The notes under the pieces were generated by a model, which was not told where the DNA came from, made no database searches, and saw only the letters and a program-made list of their open reading frames with translations. A stretch of DNA of 64,000 bases from Octopus bimaculoides (Eukaryota). A program made the translations under genes and the position numbers. Every line of letters begins with the position of its first letter. Within the stretch, counting starts at the first letter, position 1. This document shows positions 26,096-38,269 of this stretch, piece after piece. Where the stretch lies: NCBI RefSeq assembly GCF_001194135.2, contig NC_068990.1, positions 34,080,239 to 34,144,238 of the forward strand, written 5' to 3'.

Positions 26096-26460
26096 CACAA
26101 GAGGGTTGCAGGGGTGAGCCTGTATGCAAGGGCAACCAAATAATTTTTTAAGGTTATCTCTAAAGATTTTCTATAAAAATTAAAGCCAGTACTGATTTCT
26201 GATGACGTTTTATATCTGAATACGTCTAATATAAACAATGCAATCAAAGATAGAGAAAATAGGTAATGAGTGAATATGTGTATTTCAGGATTTTGCGGCC
26301 CTTCTTCAGCATCACATCCAACCCCTTAACCATCCCCAAACTCATTGCTCAAATAGCCACAATATAACTACTATATTTAGTGGCTATTCGACTAGGACAT
26401 AGACATGAATATACTCAAATGTCTATATTTAACACTATAAATATGCATGTATGCGCGCAC

Positions 26461-26491
<31 letters not shown>

Positions 26492-26879
26492 GAGTATTAC
26501 CAGGTTTCAACAAAAAATTTTATCAGAAACATTGGAAATTTCTTCTCCTAATGACATACGATTTTACCAAAATGAAATACCTTACCAATTAAAACTTTTA
26601 CTGTTGCAGACCTCTGCCAGTTTTAGAAGAGTCTGCTTTGTTGCAAAGCATTCGGCTCAGGTCACAAGTCTAACGAAAAGCTATGGGTTATGGTTTCTTT
26701 TTCCCTTTCTGCTACTATTCATAGGCCCTCTCTTTCCTCCCTTTCACCCACAAGTCATGGAAGCCCTATAAAAGAAGCCCCTTTCACTTCTACATTGGAC
26801 TAAGCATACAGTGGAAGTGATTCCCAATAGTTAGTTGGGGTTTATTTTTTTTCCAGAAATATAAATTATAATCATCATT

Positions 26880-27150
26880 GCCATTGTCATCATCATCACC
26901 ACCACCATCATTTCAATGTCTACTTCAAGTGTTTGCATAGATAGAGCTTTATTGAGGCAAATTTACAATGGCCAGATGTTCTTCCTGTGGCCAGCCTTCA
27001 CCTGTTTCCAAGCAAAACAATATTTCCACATGGCCAGACATGATATTGCAGAATATTGGTATATTGGAAATGACACTGCTTGTATGACAGTGACACTTAT
27101 TTACAACTATTGCATACTGTTAAGTCAAGGAAGCACAACACACACACACA
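26880..27150 (-). mobile_element. hybrid SINE body + RTE tail (same type as 9835)
   Basis: Shares CACCTGTTTCCA..., GACACTG..TGACAGTGACACTT.TTTACAA.TAT with the 9835 and 32340 copies. Confidence 0.6.
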
Positions 27151-27312
27151 CAGGCACACACGTGTATGTGTGATTGTGTGTGTGTGTGTAAGATAAGATA
27201 GTGTGTAAAATTACTACAATCGTTTGAACGATAACTGAAGAGGATGTAACAACATTCTATGTGCCTATGTTCTTTTGTTCCATTTGTTTAAACTTCTGTA
27301 TAAGTTTTTATG

Positions 27313-27355
<43 letters not shown>

Positions 27356-27359
<4 letters not shown>

Positions 27360-27853
27360 GGGGGGATAAATATTAGTACATGTCAAAATTCTTTATTTAT
27401 TTAATTTCTAATGAACAAAAATGGGATATACCAATACATGCATAAACTAAGAATATGCAAAAGAAACTAATAAATTATAGTATCTAAGGAATTTATATTC
27501 AATTATAAATATTTAGGGGTGAAAAAATTATTCGTACAGAATAAATTTGATTTTCTATGCCACAAAATACTGTTAAAATAATTTTTGTTTTACTAGAACT
27601 TTCTCGTTTGTTCCAATAATCTTATCAGTAGTCATTTTTAAGTGTCAAAACGCTAGCTTCTTTATTCAGCACTGAGACAACATAAAGTAGTGTCGTAATA
27701 ATGGCGAAAAGTAAAGAACTCACAAATTCAGTGAAAAACTTAATTATTGAACAGTGGAAAGCAGGTAAAAGTTACAGGAAAATATCAGAGACCCTTAATA
27801 TTCCATTTTCTACCATATCTTCATTTATTCAAAGATATAAAAAATCGGGAACT
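27356..27853 (+). mobile_element. Tc1-like DNA transposon 5' end, truncated
   Basis: TIR-like GGGGGATAAATATTAGTACA in a (TA)n run, a similar inner repeat GGGGTGAAAAAATTATTCGTACA at 27516-27538, then the start of a transposase. Confidence 0.8.
27701..27853 (+). pseudogene. Tc1 transposase N-terminal paired-like HTH fragment
   Basis: MAKSKELTNSVKNLIIEQWKAGKSYRKISETLNIPFSTISSFIQRYKKSGT matches the Tc1 pattern M.K.KELS...R..IV.....G.SY..IS..L....ST...II.R.K..G. Confidence 0.88.
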
Positions 27854-28774
27854 AAAATATTGCATGACAGTGTTGTTTCTAAGTGCTTCCTTGCCAATCA
27901 CCTCCTTACCACATTATTTCTTTCATGTGGTGCTGCTGAGTGTGCCCACAGGCTTAATTTATCACATAGATGTAGTTCCTATGTCTGCTGATTGTTATGC
28001 ATGGTAGTGGCAGCATCGACAGCTGCAAAACAGAGTATATCCACTGCAAGCTTTTTGGTGCATTCAAAAATTACACCCCAACACCCACCCACCCACTTTT
28101 CCATGACAAGGTTAGGGCCTGGAATCTTCCAGACAGATGCATGACATGTTACTTACTCGAATTAGCCCTTCATTTACTCCTCAAATGTTTTGTCGTCAAT
28201 ACTGCACTTCCCTGTGTCTTGTGTTTCAACTTAACTGTACCTATATATACAAACTATGCCATTTAAATCCCGAGCAAGTATCTCTGCTAGCACAAAATAT
28301 GATAAAAGATTACACAGAGGGGGAAATATGTGGAAATACATAGTGCACCATTTGACAGAACATGTAGGTAGGCACCCATCCATCAACACTTCACAGTTGA
28401 GTACTTAAGCAATAGAGAGATCACTCAACTGGAAATCAATCACCAACTTGGACAGTTCAAGCAAAAATCAAGTAAAAATATCTAAGCAGATTCAGTCATG
28501 GAGAAACTAATGTAAGCATTTTTTTTTTTAAATGTCACAAAAGCAAATTTACAAAATGAGAGAAATATAGAAATAAAAAATAATAAAAGATAAAAAAAAA
28601 ACAAATGAAAATTTTTGTTCTAAATATAAATTAACACATCTAATATAAAATAGGGACTGTGGAATCAAAAACAGCAGCATTTATAATGGGTTCCACTTCA
28701 CTAGACATAATGACCCTAAAAATTAGGGAAGATGAGTGGAGGGGGTATTTCATGCCTTTGTTAGTATCTTTTGT

Positions 28775-28960
28775 CTTATCTTTTAACTTGTTTCAGTCAT
28801 TAGACTGTGGCCATGCAGAGGCATTGTGTTGAAGAATTTTAAGTCGAATGAATCAACCCCAGTACCTATTTTTTTCTTTTTGTTCGTTTTTTTAAGCCTG
28901 GTACTTATTGTATTGGCCTCTTTTGGTGAACTACTAATTTACAGGGACATAAACAAACCA
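28775..28960 (-). mobile_element. SINE family A 3' module
   Basis: TTTTAACTTGTTTCAGTCATTAGACTGTGGCCATGC...CCCCAGTAC...GGTACTTATT...GGGACATAAACAAACCA. Confidence 0.8.
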
Positions 28961-30193
28961 TAAGCCGAAATGCACAAAATTCCATTTGTGAAATGGTTTT
29001 CCATGGTTGAAGATGCACTAATGCTTACAGATTAAACTTTGGCAAGTCAATGCAGTAGCCATCGTCACCATAGGGGAACAGTAATGGATATTGAAGGGCA
29101 TCCTACGCCGGATGAATTTCATTTATTTTTTGAAGGTGCGAGTCTTGCCATTCAAGAACAATATCATGGCTTGAAGCACACTCATTGAGACTTGTTATAA
29201 GCACCGTAACTTCTTTGGTTTGGGGTTTGTTAAAGCAACCCTGATGCTGCCCTGGTGGAGTGCGGTTACCTTGAATGACAACCTTAAACTGAATGGTGTT
29301 AGCAGCTCTACCCTGAAGAACAGATTTGAAAATGGTTACATAGCGGTTTGTGGTATGAAGCATATATTGAAGGAGCTTCAGAAGAGATGGTCTTGTTCCT
29401 GCAGCAACTGAAGCTCTTCATGCAATTTTCTCAAGTTTATTCCCCATAAAGTAAATCTAGAGAAAGCTGTGTTCATCACCATCTTGTGGAATAAGGGAGC
29501 CAATTTGGCAATAAATTTGGCATTGTGCTTTGAAGGTGGGCATATAATTTCCATCTCTTATTGGTGTATGACCAAAGCTTGTCATTTGGAAAGCAGAATT
29601 GTAGGCTCTTATATTCCGAAGAAAGTGTTTAGAATCTGGATGGTCTCTGAGCAGCAGGGACTTCAAAGGTTCGGCACCGACTTGTAAATGAGGCAAGCTA
29701 ATCGTTCCATTGGAGCAGCATATTCTGCTGGCCACCTCATTGCATTACAATGGACGCAAATTGGAGACATGTTGCCAATGATATGTGGGTGTGATGTGTA
29801 GTCCTCATGGGGGCTGTAATGAAAGGCCTTGTTAGACCAGCAGCAGGAAGAGACCCTCAAAAAGACATGAGAATGCATTTTACGTTGAGAATCAGCTCCA
29901 AGCCTTGTCGCTCTTTATTCAACAGTCTCTAAAGCATGGCTATTTGATGTAGAGGCCGCATCGTGAGCACACCAGAGTTCTGCTTGTTGAGCTGTCTGTG
30001 ATGCTCTGATGACTGCAGGAGAAGCAGCATTCTGAACGTGCCAGATTTCTGCTTGTTCAGTAGTCTGTGATGCTCTGGTGACTGTAATAGAAGCAGCATT
30101 GCAAGCATGCTGAAGCACACGTTCTTCTGTCTCATTTACCCACAAGGAATGCAAAATGGAAGCATTTTTTGTTTTTCTGCCAATATAATTCAT
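28955..30193 (-). pseudogene. Helitron Rep/helicase N-terminal region, with stops and frameshifts
   Basis: Motifs C.HCNA..W, CCSNGTISLP...PLKSLL..DHPDSKHFL.NIRAYNSAFQMTSFG, PTFK.Q.QIY..IGSL.P, N...T.EV.V.I, (Y>*)DALQYPLLFPYGDDGY and KTISQMEFCAFRLMV. Confidence 0.93.
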
Positions 30194-31032
30194 GCTTTCT
30201 CAAGGCATCCTATTGAAAATCTGTAATTGAATGCAAACTGAAAAGCTTCAAATGGGATATTGAGTTCAGCAATATGAGATGTTGACCAATAAAGAAACAA
30301 AACTTGTGGATGAATAAGCTACCAGAACCGACCGAAAAGTGCGTTTTTTAGAATGTAACCGATGAATTTGATCTGTAAATTTCGTAAAAATTATAAAAAG
30401 AATTTGCCAAAATATCATTCAATTATGTTTACTGATAAAAAAAAAATAACTCATAATTTGAAATGTTGATACTAATATTCCTTCTTCATGAAATGGAATT
30501 AAAGATTAAATAATGGGCATGTACATGTCAAATCAAGGAAGTCACGCAAAAGTCGAAAAATACCGTTCATTTTTTTGTCTTATATAAGAAACTGTTAGCT
30601 AAAGTTTTAGATACTTGTCAGCCAAATTTCCACGTTCAGTTACCAATCAATTTGTCGTTTTCTACTGTCAACTGAATTTTGCTGTGAGAAAATATTCACA
30701 GAGTTGATTGATTGCCAATTAGTGCCATTTATTCATTAAAGATAATATTTTATTTCATTTTTACTGATTCAAAATAATTGCCTTGTCTTCTTACTCTTTT
30801 GTGTCAGCTTATTTATTAAACACAGAATGAAATGCCTGGATGCATGTGTTCGATTACCGTTCATTTTAGAATGATATTGGTTTTTACTGCAATCACATAT
30901 GTTCTTTCATGAAATTTAACTAGTGCACCCATTGTGATGTCTTTTACCTATGTGTAAAATTTCAGCACAATCAGTTGAAAAATACAGTAGTTATAATCTT
31001 TTACACACACACACACACACAGACAGAACAGC

Positions 31033-31035
<3 letters not shown>

Positions 31036-31072
<37 letters not shown>

Positions 31073-31141
31073 GTATGTATATACATATATATATATATGT
31101 ATATATATATATATGTATCCATATATATATGTATCCATATA

Positions 31142-31188
<47 letters not shown>

Positions 31189-31198
31189 GTATATGTGC

Positions 31199-31270
<72 letters not shown>
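31036..31270. repeat. long imperfect (TA)n microsatellite at the Helitron 5' end
   Basis: Direct reading of the sequence. Confidence 0.95.
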
Positions 31271-31271
<1 letters not shown>

Positions 31272-31754
31272 GACATAGAGAGCAAGAGAGAGAGAGAAAA
31301 GAGAGAGAGAGAGATCATGTTTAATGTTACCTGTGTAAATAATTTTACTGCCAAAAGGAAGGCTATTAGAAGTGCATGAGAGATGGTAAATAACTCACTT
31401 TTATATATAATCATATACACACACATATATTTGTAAGTTCATTGACCTCTCACTTATGTATGTGCCTGTGCATGTATGATAGTTACACACGTACACACAC
31501 ATGCATGCACATATACATGTACGTGCACACACACAAAACAACTTTATTGGTATGGCTCATTCAAGTCTGAATAAACCACCCACTTAGTGAAACTTCCACA
31601 TCACTATCCAAAAAATGATAATAAACATTAGACTATGTGTATTAAGTTCTTAATTCAATTAATATTTACAATATTGATACATATAGAAATACTTGTGTTT
31701 GATTATACACATTTGCATATAACATTACAAATATATATATAAACATATATATAC

Positions 31755-31789
<35 letters not shown>

Positions 31790-32056
31790 CAAATACCTAT
31801 ATAAGTCAATGAACTTATTTAGTTAATGTTATTAAAGAGTAACAATAGTTTGTTTTTAATTTCATATATGTGTTTAATTTTATGATGCAGTATTTATTTG
31901 GAAACATTAACGATAAATTGTAAAAAAAAAAACCAATTAAACAAATGAATAAATAAATAAAATGAAATAATAGATACATAAACAAAAACCAAAATTGAAG
32001 TAATTACTTTGCTGAAATTAACAGTAAAATGGTGTTTAATAAATTATGTGAAGCTG

Positions 32057-32150
32057 TTATGAAGTCAGAAGTAAATTTGGTTGTGTTGTATTCTGTGGTC
32101 GTCTTTCTTTATTCTTCTTCTCCTTGGCATCAAACATTTCTACTACCTCT
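32057..32150 (-). CDS. candidate terminal exon (EVVEMFDAKEKKNKERRPQNTTQPNLLLTS*), unknown gene
   Basis: gttctcttgatcttaatag acceptor, 30 open codons to TAA, minus-strand AATAAA at 31893-31898; no homology recognised. Confidence 0.25.
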
Positions 32151-32339
32151 CTATTAAGATCAAGAGAACATGAATCAAATGGTGAGATTCTTGTTATGGT
32201 TTATTAAATATTTCCATGACCAGATTGGTGGAATTTTGTGGCTTGATTTAGATTAGAGCCTCATGATATATCAAGGGGTGTTATGGATATGGGGTTAGCA
32301 ATGTGATGGAAATATAGACAAAAAGAACCCTCGTCACAA

Positions 32340-32720
32340 TTTTAATGTCCACTTTCTCAAGTCGGATGGAATTTATTTAGATAGATTTTCTATGGCAGGA
32401 TGCTCTTTCAGTTACTGATGCTCATCTGTTTCCCTCTAAGGTAATATTTCCCCATGACCAGATGTGTTTTTATAGAGTACTGGAAACAAAGGACACCACT
32501 TTTATGATGTGACACTTGCTTACAACTATGATGTGATGCCAAGGCAAGGAACTAACAACACACACACACATACAGACTATAGACTTCCTTTTGTTTCTGT
32601 CTGCCAGATCCACTCATAAGACTTTGGTCAGCCTAGGTGACCAAAGCTGGCAGCAGTGGGATTGAACCTAGAACCATGAGGCTAGAAGGCAAACTTCTTA
32701 CTCTACAGTGATGCCTGTTC
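32340..32720 (-). mobile_element. hybrid SINE (A head + distinct body + RTE-like tail)
   Basis: Same architecture as 9835-10205. Confidence 0.65.
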
Positions 32721-32974
32721 CCAAAGAATATAATATTAGAGAAAGGGAGAGAGTGAGTGTGTGTGTGAGAGGGAGAGAGAGGGAGAGAGAGTGAGACAGA
32801 GAGAGAGAGAGAGAGACAGAGACAGACAGACAGACAGACAGAGAATGGAGTGACAACATGAAATATTGAAAATTAATTGGTACTTATTACATAAACAAAT
32901 TGAAAGCATTTGAATGATGAATACAAATGGCTCTTATTTGAAAAATTTATATTTCCCAAGAATTTTCTTTTTTA

Positions 32975-33190
32975 TACCCAGTCTCTCCACAATTCATGAT
33001 TTTCCATTGCCCACAACAATTGCTCCTTACTGAGATTCATATTGTCAGGAAGTGGATCAATGAATGACTGAGCAAGTCTTCATCTACTGCAACTCCCATG
33101 AGTCGGGTCACACAGTAGTAGCTTGTGTATAACTTCCTGCTTACTGTCCTATGATGATAGTACAGCTAGAGTACCAAACTCTAAACCATT
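32975..33190 (-). mobile_element. second RTE-like LINE C-terminal relic
   Basis: QEVIHKLLLCDPTHGSCSR*RLAQSFIDPLPDNMNLSKEQLLWAMENHELWRDWV resembles the LLLW.P.HG.R.RGRP..T(Y/F)ID.L......L...M.DR..WR..V end of RTE-type ORF2. Confidence 0.65.
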
Positions 33191-33284
33191 TTCCTGAGGA
33201 TAGTACTTATTTCTATTCAGTATAATAGGATGGATTCAATTACCAATAAATTGCCTAACACTCCTTTACAATAAGAAATTTGAT

Positions 33285-33725
33285 CATCATCATCATCAAT
33301 TAACGTCTACTTTCCATGCTGGCATGGGTTAGACAGTTTGACTGAAACTGGTAAGCTAGAGAGCTGCACCATGTTCCAATCTGATTTGGCATGGTCTCTA
33401 TGGCTGGATGCCCTTCCAAATGCCAACCACTCCAAGTGTGTAATGGGTGCTTTTTACATGCTACTGTCATGGGTGCCAGTTACATGATATCAACATAGGC
33501 CACAACTATGATTTCACTTGGCTTGATGAGTCTTCTCAAATGCAGCATTCACTAAATGTCTCAGTCACTTATCTCCGTGAAGCCCAACATTCAAATGGTG
33601 CCTTTTACATACCACTGACATTGGCCATGACTATGGTTTCACTTGGCTTGATGGGTCTTTTCAAACATGGCATATTGCCAAAGGTCTCAGTCACTTGTCA
33701 TTGTTTTTCTGAGGCCCTAAAGTGG
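33285..33725 (-). mobile_element. RTE 3' end with an internally duplicated ORF-end/UTR unit
   Basis: (CAT)n tail at 33285; the TTTCACTTGGCTTGATG.GTCTT.TCAAA...GTCTCAGTCACTT unit occurs twice. Confidence 0.8.
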
Positions 33726-34346
33726 TTACCTTCAGCTAAACAATTTGGAAAGCAAAATATATAATTGATACAGAACTTGCCAATGATGAAGAAATTGATA
33801 TTGTCAAATATTTTGACAAAATAACATCATTCCATAATTTCAGAAAAGTCTCATCCAAAGTTGGAACTTAAAAATTATTAAACAATAGAGTAGAGTAGAT
33901 TCTATTTTGTTCTGCCAACACTTTTAATTACTTAAGTATTTCTTTTAAGTATAATTATATATTCTTAAATACAAGAAAAATGGAGTGTGTCAAAGCACAA
34001 TAAAAAATAAAAAAAAATTCTTTCTACTGGAAAGCTACTTATTGATTTTAAGGAATTTTTATTTATTTTTAGTCTTTATGATGTTGAATATATTTTTGAA
34101 CTACATTTTTTTTTTCACCCATCAAATGCAGACTTTCAGTTCAAAAAAAAGTTGCACCTAAGTATAATTATTTTTAGAGGAAATCAATTTTCTCAGAAAC
34201 CAGGAAGAAAATTGTAAATATGAAAAGAAAAAGAAAAAAGTAAGGTTAGAATTATATGAATGCAGCCATGTACATAAACATACATTTCTATGTAGAGAAT
34301 TGAAAATTCTATGCTTGCGCATACATGTACTATGAAAATGACACAC

Positions 34347-34427
<81 letters not shown>

Positions 34428-34917
34428 TGCATTTGTATATGTGCATTCATACATGTATATGTGTGTGAATGTACATACGTACATTCTTGTCCATGAAGTA
34501 TACAGTATGTATGCACATGTGAAAACATGTGTGTGCATATATATTTCAATATTAGAAAGCCTTTAATTGTGATAAAGAACTACATAAGGACTATATATAA
34601 AGAACTAGAGAAGGAATATAAACTCTTTCTGTCTATGCTTTCTATGTACTGTGAAAACGGTGGGGATGGGGAGTCTCATGATGGACCATTTAACACTTGT
34701 TGATTGCTCTTCAGTGATGTACCCAATGTCGCTCCTCAATCAATGGCATTAAGTGCCACCTAGCTGCTATAAACAGTAGAAGGCATTTAAGCTATTACTG
34801 TGCTGGATAGCTTAATTTGCATAATTGTGCATCAGAAGGCTTATCATTAAGTAAGCAATATATATTTTATGCACCTCACAACATGAATCAGAAATACTGA
34901 AATAAATGTCCACATTA

Positions 34918-35342
34918 TGTAGGTGTGGATGTATGCTAAGGAGCTTACTTTGCAACCACATGGTTTCGGGTTCAGTCTCACTACATGGCACCTTGGACAA
35001 GTGTCTTCTACTAGAGCTTTGGGCCGACCAAAGCTTTGTGAGTGAATTTGGAAGATAGAAACTGAAAGAAGCCCATCATATATATGTATGCATATGTATA
35101 TCTATGTTATGTGTCTCTTTGTGCCTGTGATTGTTCTTTACCCCTGCCTGACAACCAGTGTTGGTGCGTTTACATCCTTGTAACTTAGCAGTTTGGCAAA
35201 AGAGATCGATAGAATAAGTACAAAGCTTAGCAAAAACAAATAATAATAATAATAAGTACTGGGGTCAATTCATTTGAGTAAAAAAAATTGTTCAAGGCAG
35301 TGCCCCAACATGGCCACAGTCTAATGACTGGAACAAGTAAAT
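34918..35342 (+). mobile_element. SINE family A, full length
   Basis: All modules align to the 15493 and 43884 copies. Confidence 0.88.
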
Positions 35343-35456
35343 AAATTTAAAAAAAGGTTAGAAAGCCTGGAGCAATGAAGAATGTAAACACATTAGCAAT
35401 GAACCACCTATAACAGGAATATGCAAATTAAGTTTTCATGCACAGTAAAAGTTTAA

Positions 35457-35675
35457 CCCTTTATCATTTAGATAATCTGTCAAAAGTGATGCTTATTTAT
35501 TCACATTGTTTTAAGTTAATCATGCATTATCTCACAGCTTCAAGATTTCAATGATGTGTTTGTTTATTTTTAAGATGACATTATAGGGTTGGTGTGGAAT
35601 ATCAGAACTGCTTGGTTTGAAGGTAAAACAGGTACAATATTTGGACCAGATATGGCCGGCTTAAACACTAAAGGG
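35457..35675. mobile_element. piggyBac-type MITE (family P1), TTAA TSD
   Basis: TTAA|CCCTTTATCATTTA ... TAAACACTAAAGGG|TTAA; related copies at 49475 and 58709. Confidence 0.85.
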
Positions 35676-38269
35676 TTAATTACCAATTGCTATATAAAGC
35701 AGTTGAACATTGTATGCTACCAATTTAGGAAAGAGATTTGGTATGTCTTCTCTGAGGAGTGATCAACAAATTGTGAACCTCGGGATATATTGAGGAACCA
35801 ATACGAAAAGAGACTCACCAATGTCCTAGTGTATAAGGTTTACTCATAGTTGCTTTAGCTGTGAGGTTATGGAGTTTCCCTCGGTTTAATATGGAAATGT
35901 TGCATATCATTATACAACAAGTGCTGCATGTTAACTCATGGAAATAATACAAGAAATGAACTTTAAGATAACAAGTGAAACTTTATTCCTCTCTTAAGTA
36001 GTACAGTGGACCAAAGAACAAATCATGAATTCTGTTGGTTGTATAGTTCATCCATCATTAGGATAATTGAACTCTGGCCATTGTTGGTTACAAGTACTTT
36101 CAATTATATCAGCAGGAAAATATCATGACGAGTACTCTTGGAAAATCTTTCACCTCACTGCCCATAAATGACTTTACAAAGCTATTTATAGGCAAAAAAA
36201 TGGGCTCACAGCAATGGTTCAGATTAACTGTTTGAGGATGTATTACATGCAACGTGATTGGATCTGAGATTCATAACCTGCACAACACTCAAACAATCAA
36301 AATACAAGACTCAGCCAAATGTTCCATCATCACATGATAGGTCAAATGACCAATCATTAAAGATTAGCATGATGAGCCTCCTTGTGAATATAAAAGGCTA
36401 GTCAAACATAAAAAGTCAGAACAGAAATGAGTCTTGCGACACTACTATAATCTCAGGACATCTATTGACCAATGTGAGAAGAAACGAAGCAGTATCCGAG
36501 CATTCAGTGGTCAGTTATAGCCATTAGCTATATGATAGAGTAGGGGAAGTGGACATACACCATCCTGTGTATTCCAATTCCATACATTGAATTTCTTAAG
36601 GAAGAAAACGGAATGCAGACTCTAAACTAAACAGCACAACAAATATTTTATTACAGCAGAAACCCACTCACACTAGGAGGGGATTCGGTAGCATGTCGCC
36701 TTTGGATTAGATAAGACGTCGTCTTGAAGTCGCATGGTTGGAAGTCATTTATCTCTTCTCTGGTTATCTATGTGGATCCATTCTAGAGTTCACGGAGAGC
36801 TGTTATTGCGACGTCTAGCTTCCATGAAGTCCAGCGAGCAAAAGAGGTAGAGAAACGCGGGAACGCTTGGATATTGAATGACCATGCATGCACATGAGGG
36901 ACTTCCTGCATTCCTTCCGGAAGACTAGTCCCTGCGCATGCGTGGATAAACTCTCCAAAATGGTGACTGGTATTAGGCGCCACTACAATAGCATTGAACA
37001 ATTTTTGAAGACTACCTGGATTTGCAAGAGCCTAAATTTATTGATTTTTCACTCATACACACATCTACTTATATAATACATGTATCCTTCTATTTTAACA
37101 GTGATAGACACATAACTAAGACACCAAGTTAATGAATCAAATAAATACATAGTGTTGTTTAAACCCCAGTTACACTAATTGAACAGACTTATAATCAAAG
37201 ACATTTCAGTCATGACCTTCTCATATTGCTCCTTTTCTTCATATGTAAGGCAAGTGGTTTGAGGGAGATTTGGTTGCATTTTCTAGCAGGCTGAATGAAC
37301 ATAAAGAGACATATTAATGTATAACGGTTTCAGTTAGCATGAGTGGAAACCCTCATGTCAAAGACATCAAGGGAATATACAAAAACAAAATTAAGATGGA
37401 AAAGACCATCTACAGTTTATATATAAATATGGAAGTGAAGTACTTCATAGAAGAATCTTTGAAGTAAAGCGTGTTGTAGGGGTCAAATCTGATATATAAA
37501 TCTATGATTAAAATTGTTGTCACATAGACACATCTATAACATAAAGAAATTATGTTAAGAAATGAAATCATGGAAGAAAATCTAAACTCAATATTTAATA
37601 ACGGTGGTAGCATTATCTTTATAATGAGTTACTACACTTTAAAAGCTCCATCTATTTAAATATAAGTCGACCATAGTTTATTCTGCCTGAAAGGTATATT
37701 ATGCAAAGTTCCAACAATGAAGAAACTGATTACCAATGCTCACTTGTTTTTCGATAGGATACAAGAGAACCTAATCATACAAAGCTATTAACTTGTTGAT
37801 GTGGAAATCTACCACAGCTTTGCATCTAGAAGTCATCCTCAATAAATAGTCTTTCTTACCTTCATTATTCAACTGTCATAGTGGTCAGAAGTAAGACTCC
37901 TAATATCAGGTTCAATGATAATTGACTAATTAAGCTTCCTAAAGTTACAAATTACTTCATCATTAGCATCACTGAACTGCCAGAAGTGGTTGTCTTTAGC
38001 GCTAATATCTGTAACCACTATACACATTGGTAGAGTATTTCAAGTTTACTACTTCTAAAATAAAATCTTCACTAGCCTACAAAAACCTGTTGCTTCTTAA
38101 TTTGCATATATAACTACAGTTTTGTCAAAGGAGAAAGACACTATAAAAATATTATATACTGAAGAGATGACAGGGGAAGAGATATGTAGATATGTGGCAC
38201 ATTGCTGTACTCAAGAGGATCTGCCCAATGCAATAGAACTGAGATCCTAAAACCAAAGTACCATGTAAA

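Larger units (their letters stand above)
28955..31272 (-). mobile_element. Helitron 5' fragment (3'-truncated)
   Basis: Rep/Hel N-terminal coding relics plus a 5' end reading TCT-(TA)n...ATAAACGCTGTTCTGTCTG(TG)n, typical of animal Helitron 5' termini. Confidence 0.88.

Noticed and set aside
30950-31426. YI/CV/HT-repeat ORFs here and throughout the window
   Set aside because: Dinucleotide microsatellite translations.
33770-33870. Plus-strand frame ELANDEEIDIVKYFDKITSFHNFRK…*
   Set aside because: Poor acceptor and no donor; indistinguishable from chance.
37860-38004. Minus-strand exon candidates (79 nt with strong splice sites; 53 nt DISAKDNHFWQFSDANDE)
   Set aside because: The first has stops in all frames, and the two are only 17 nt apart, too close for an intron. 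Neither can be supported.
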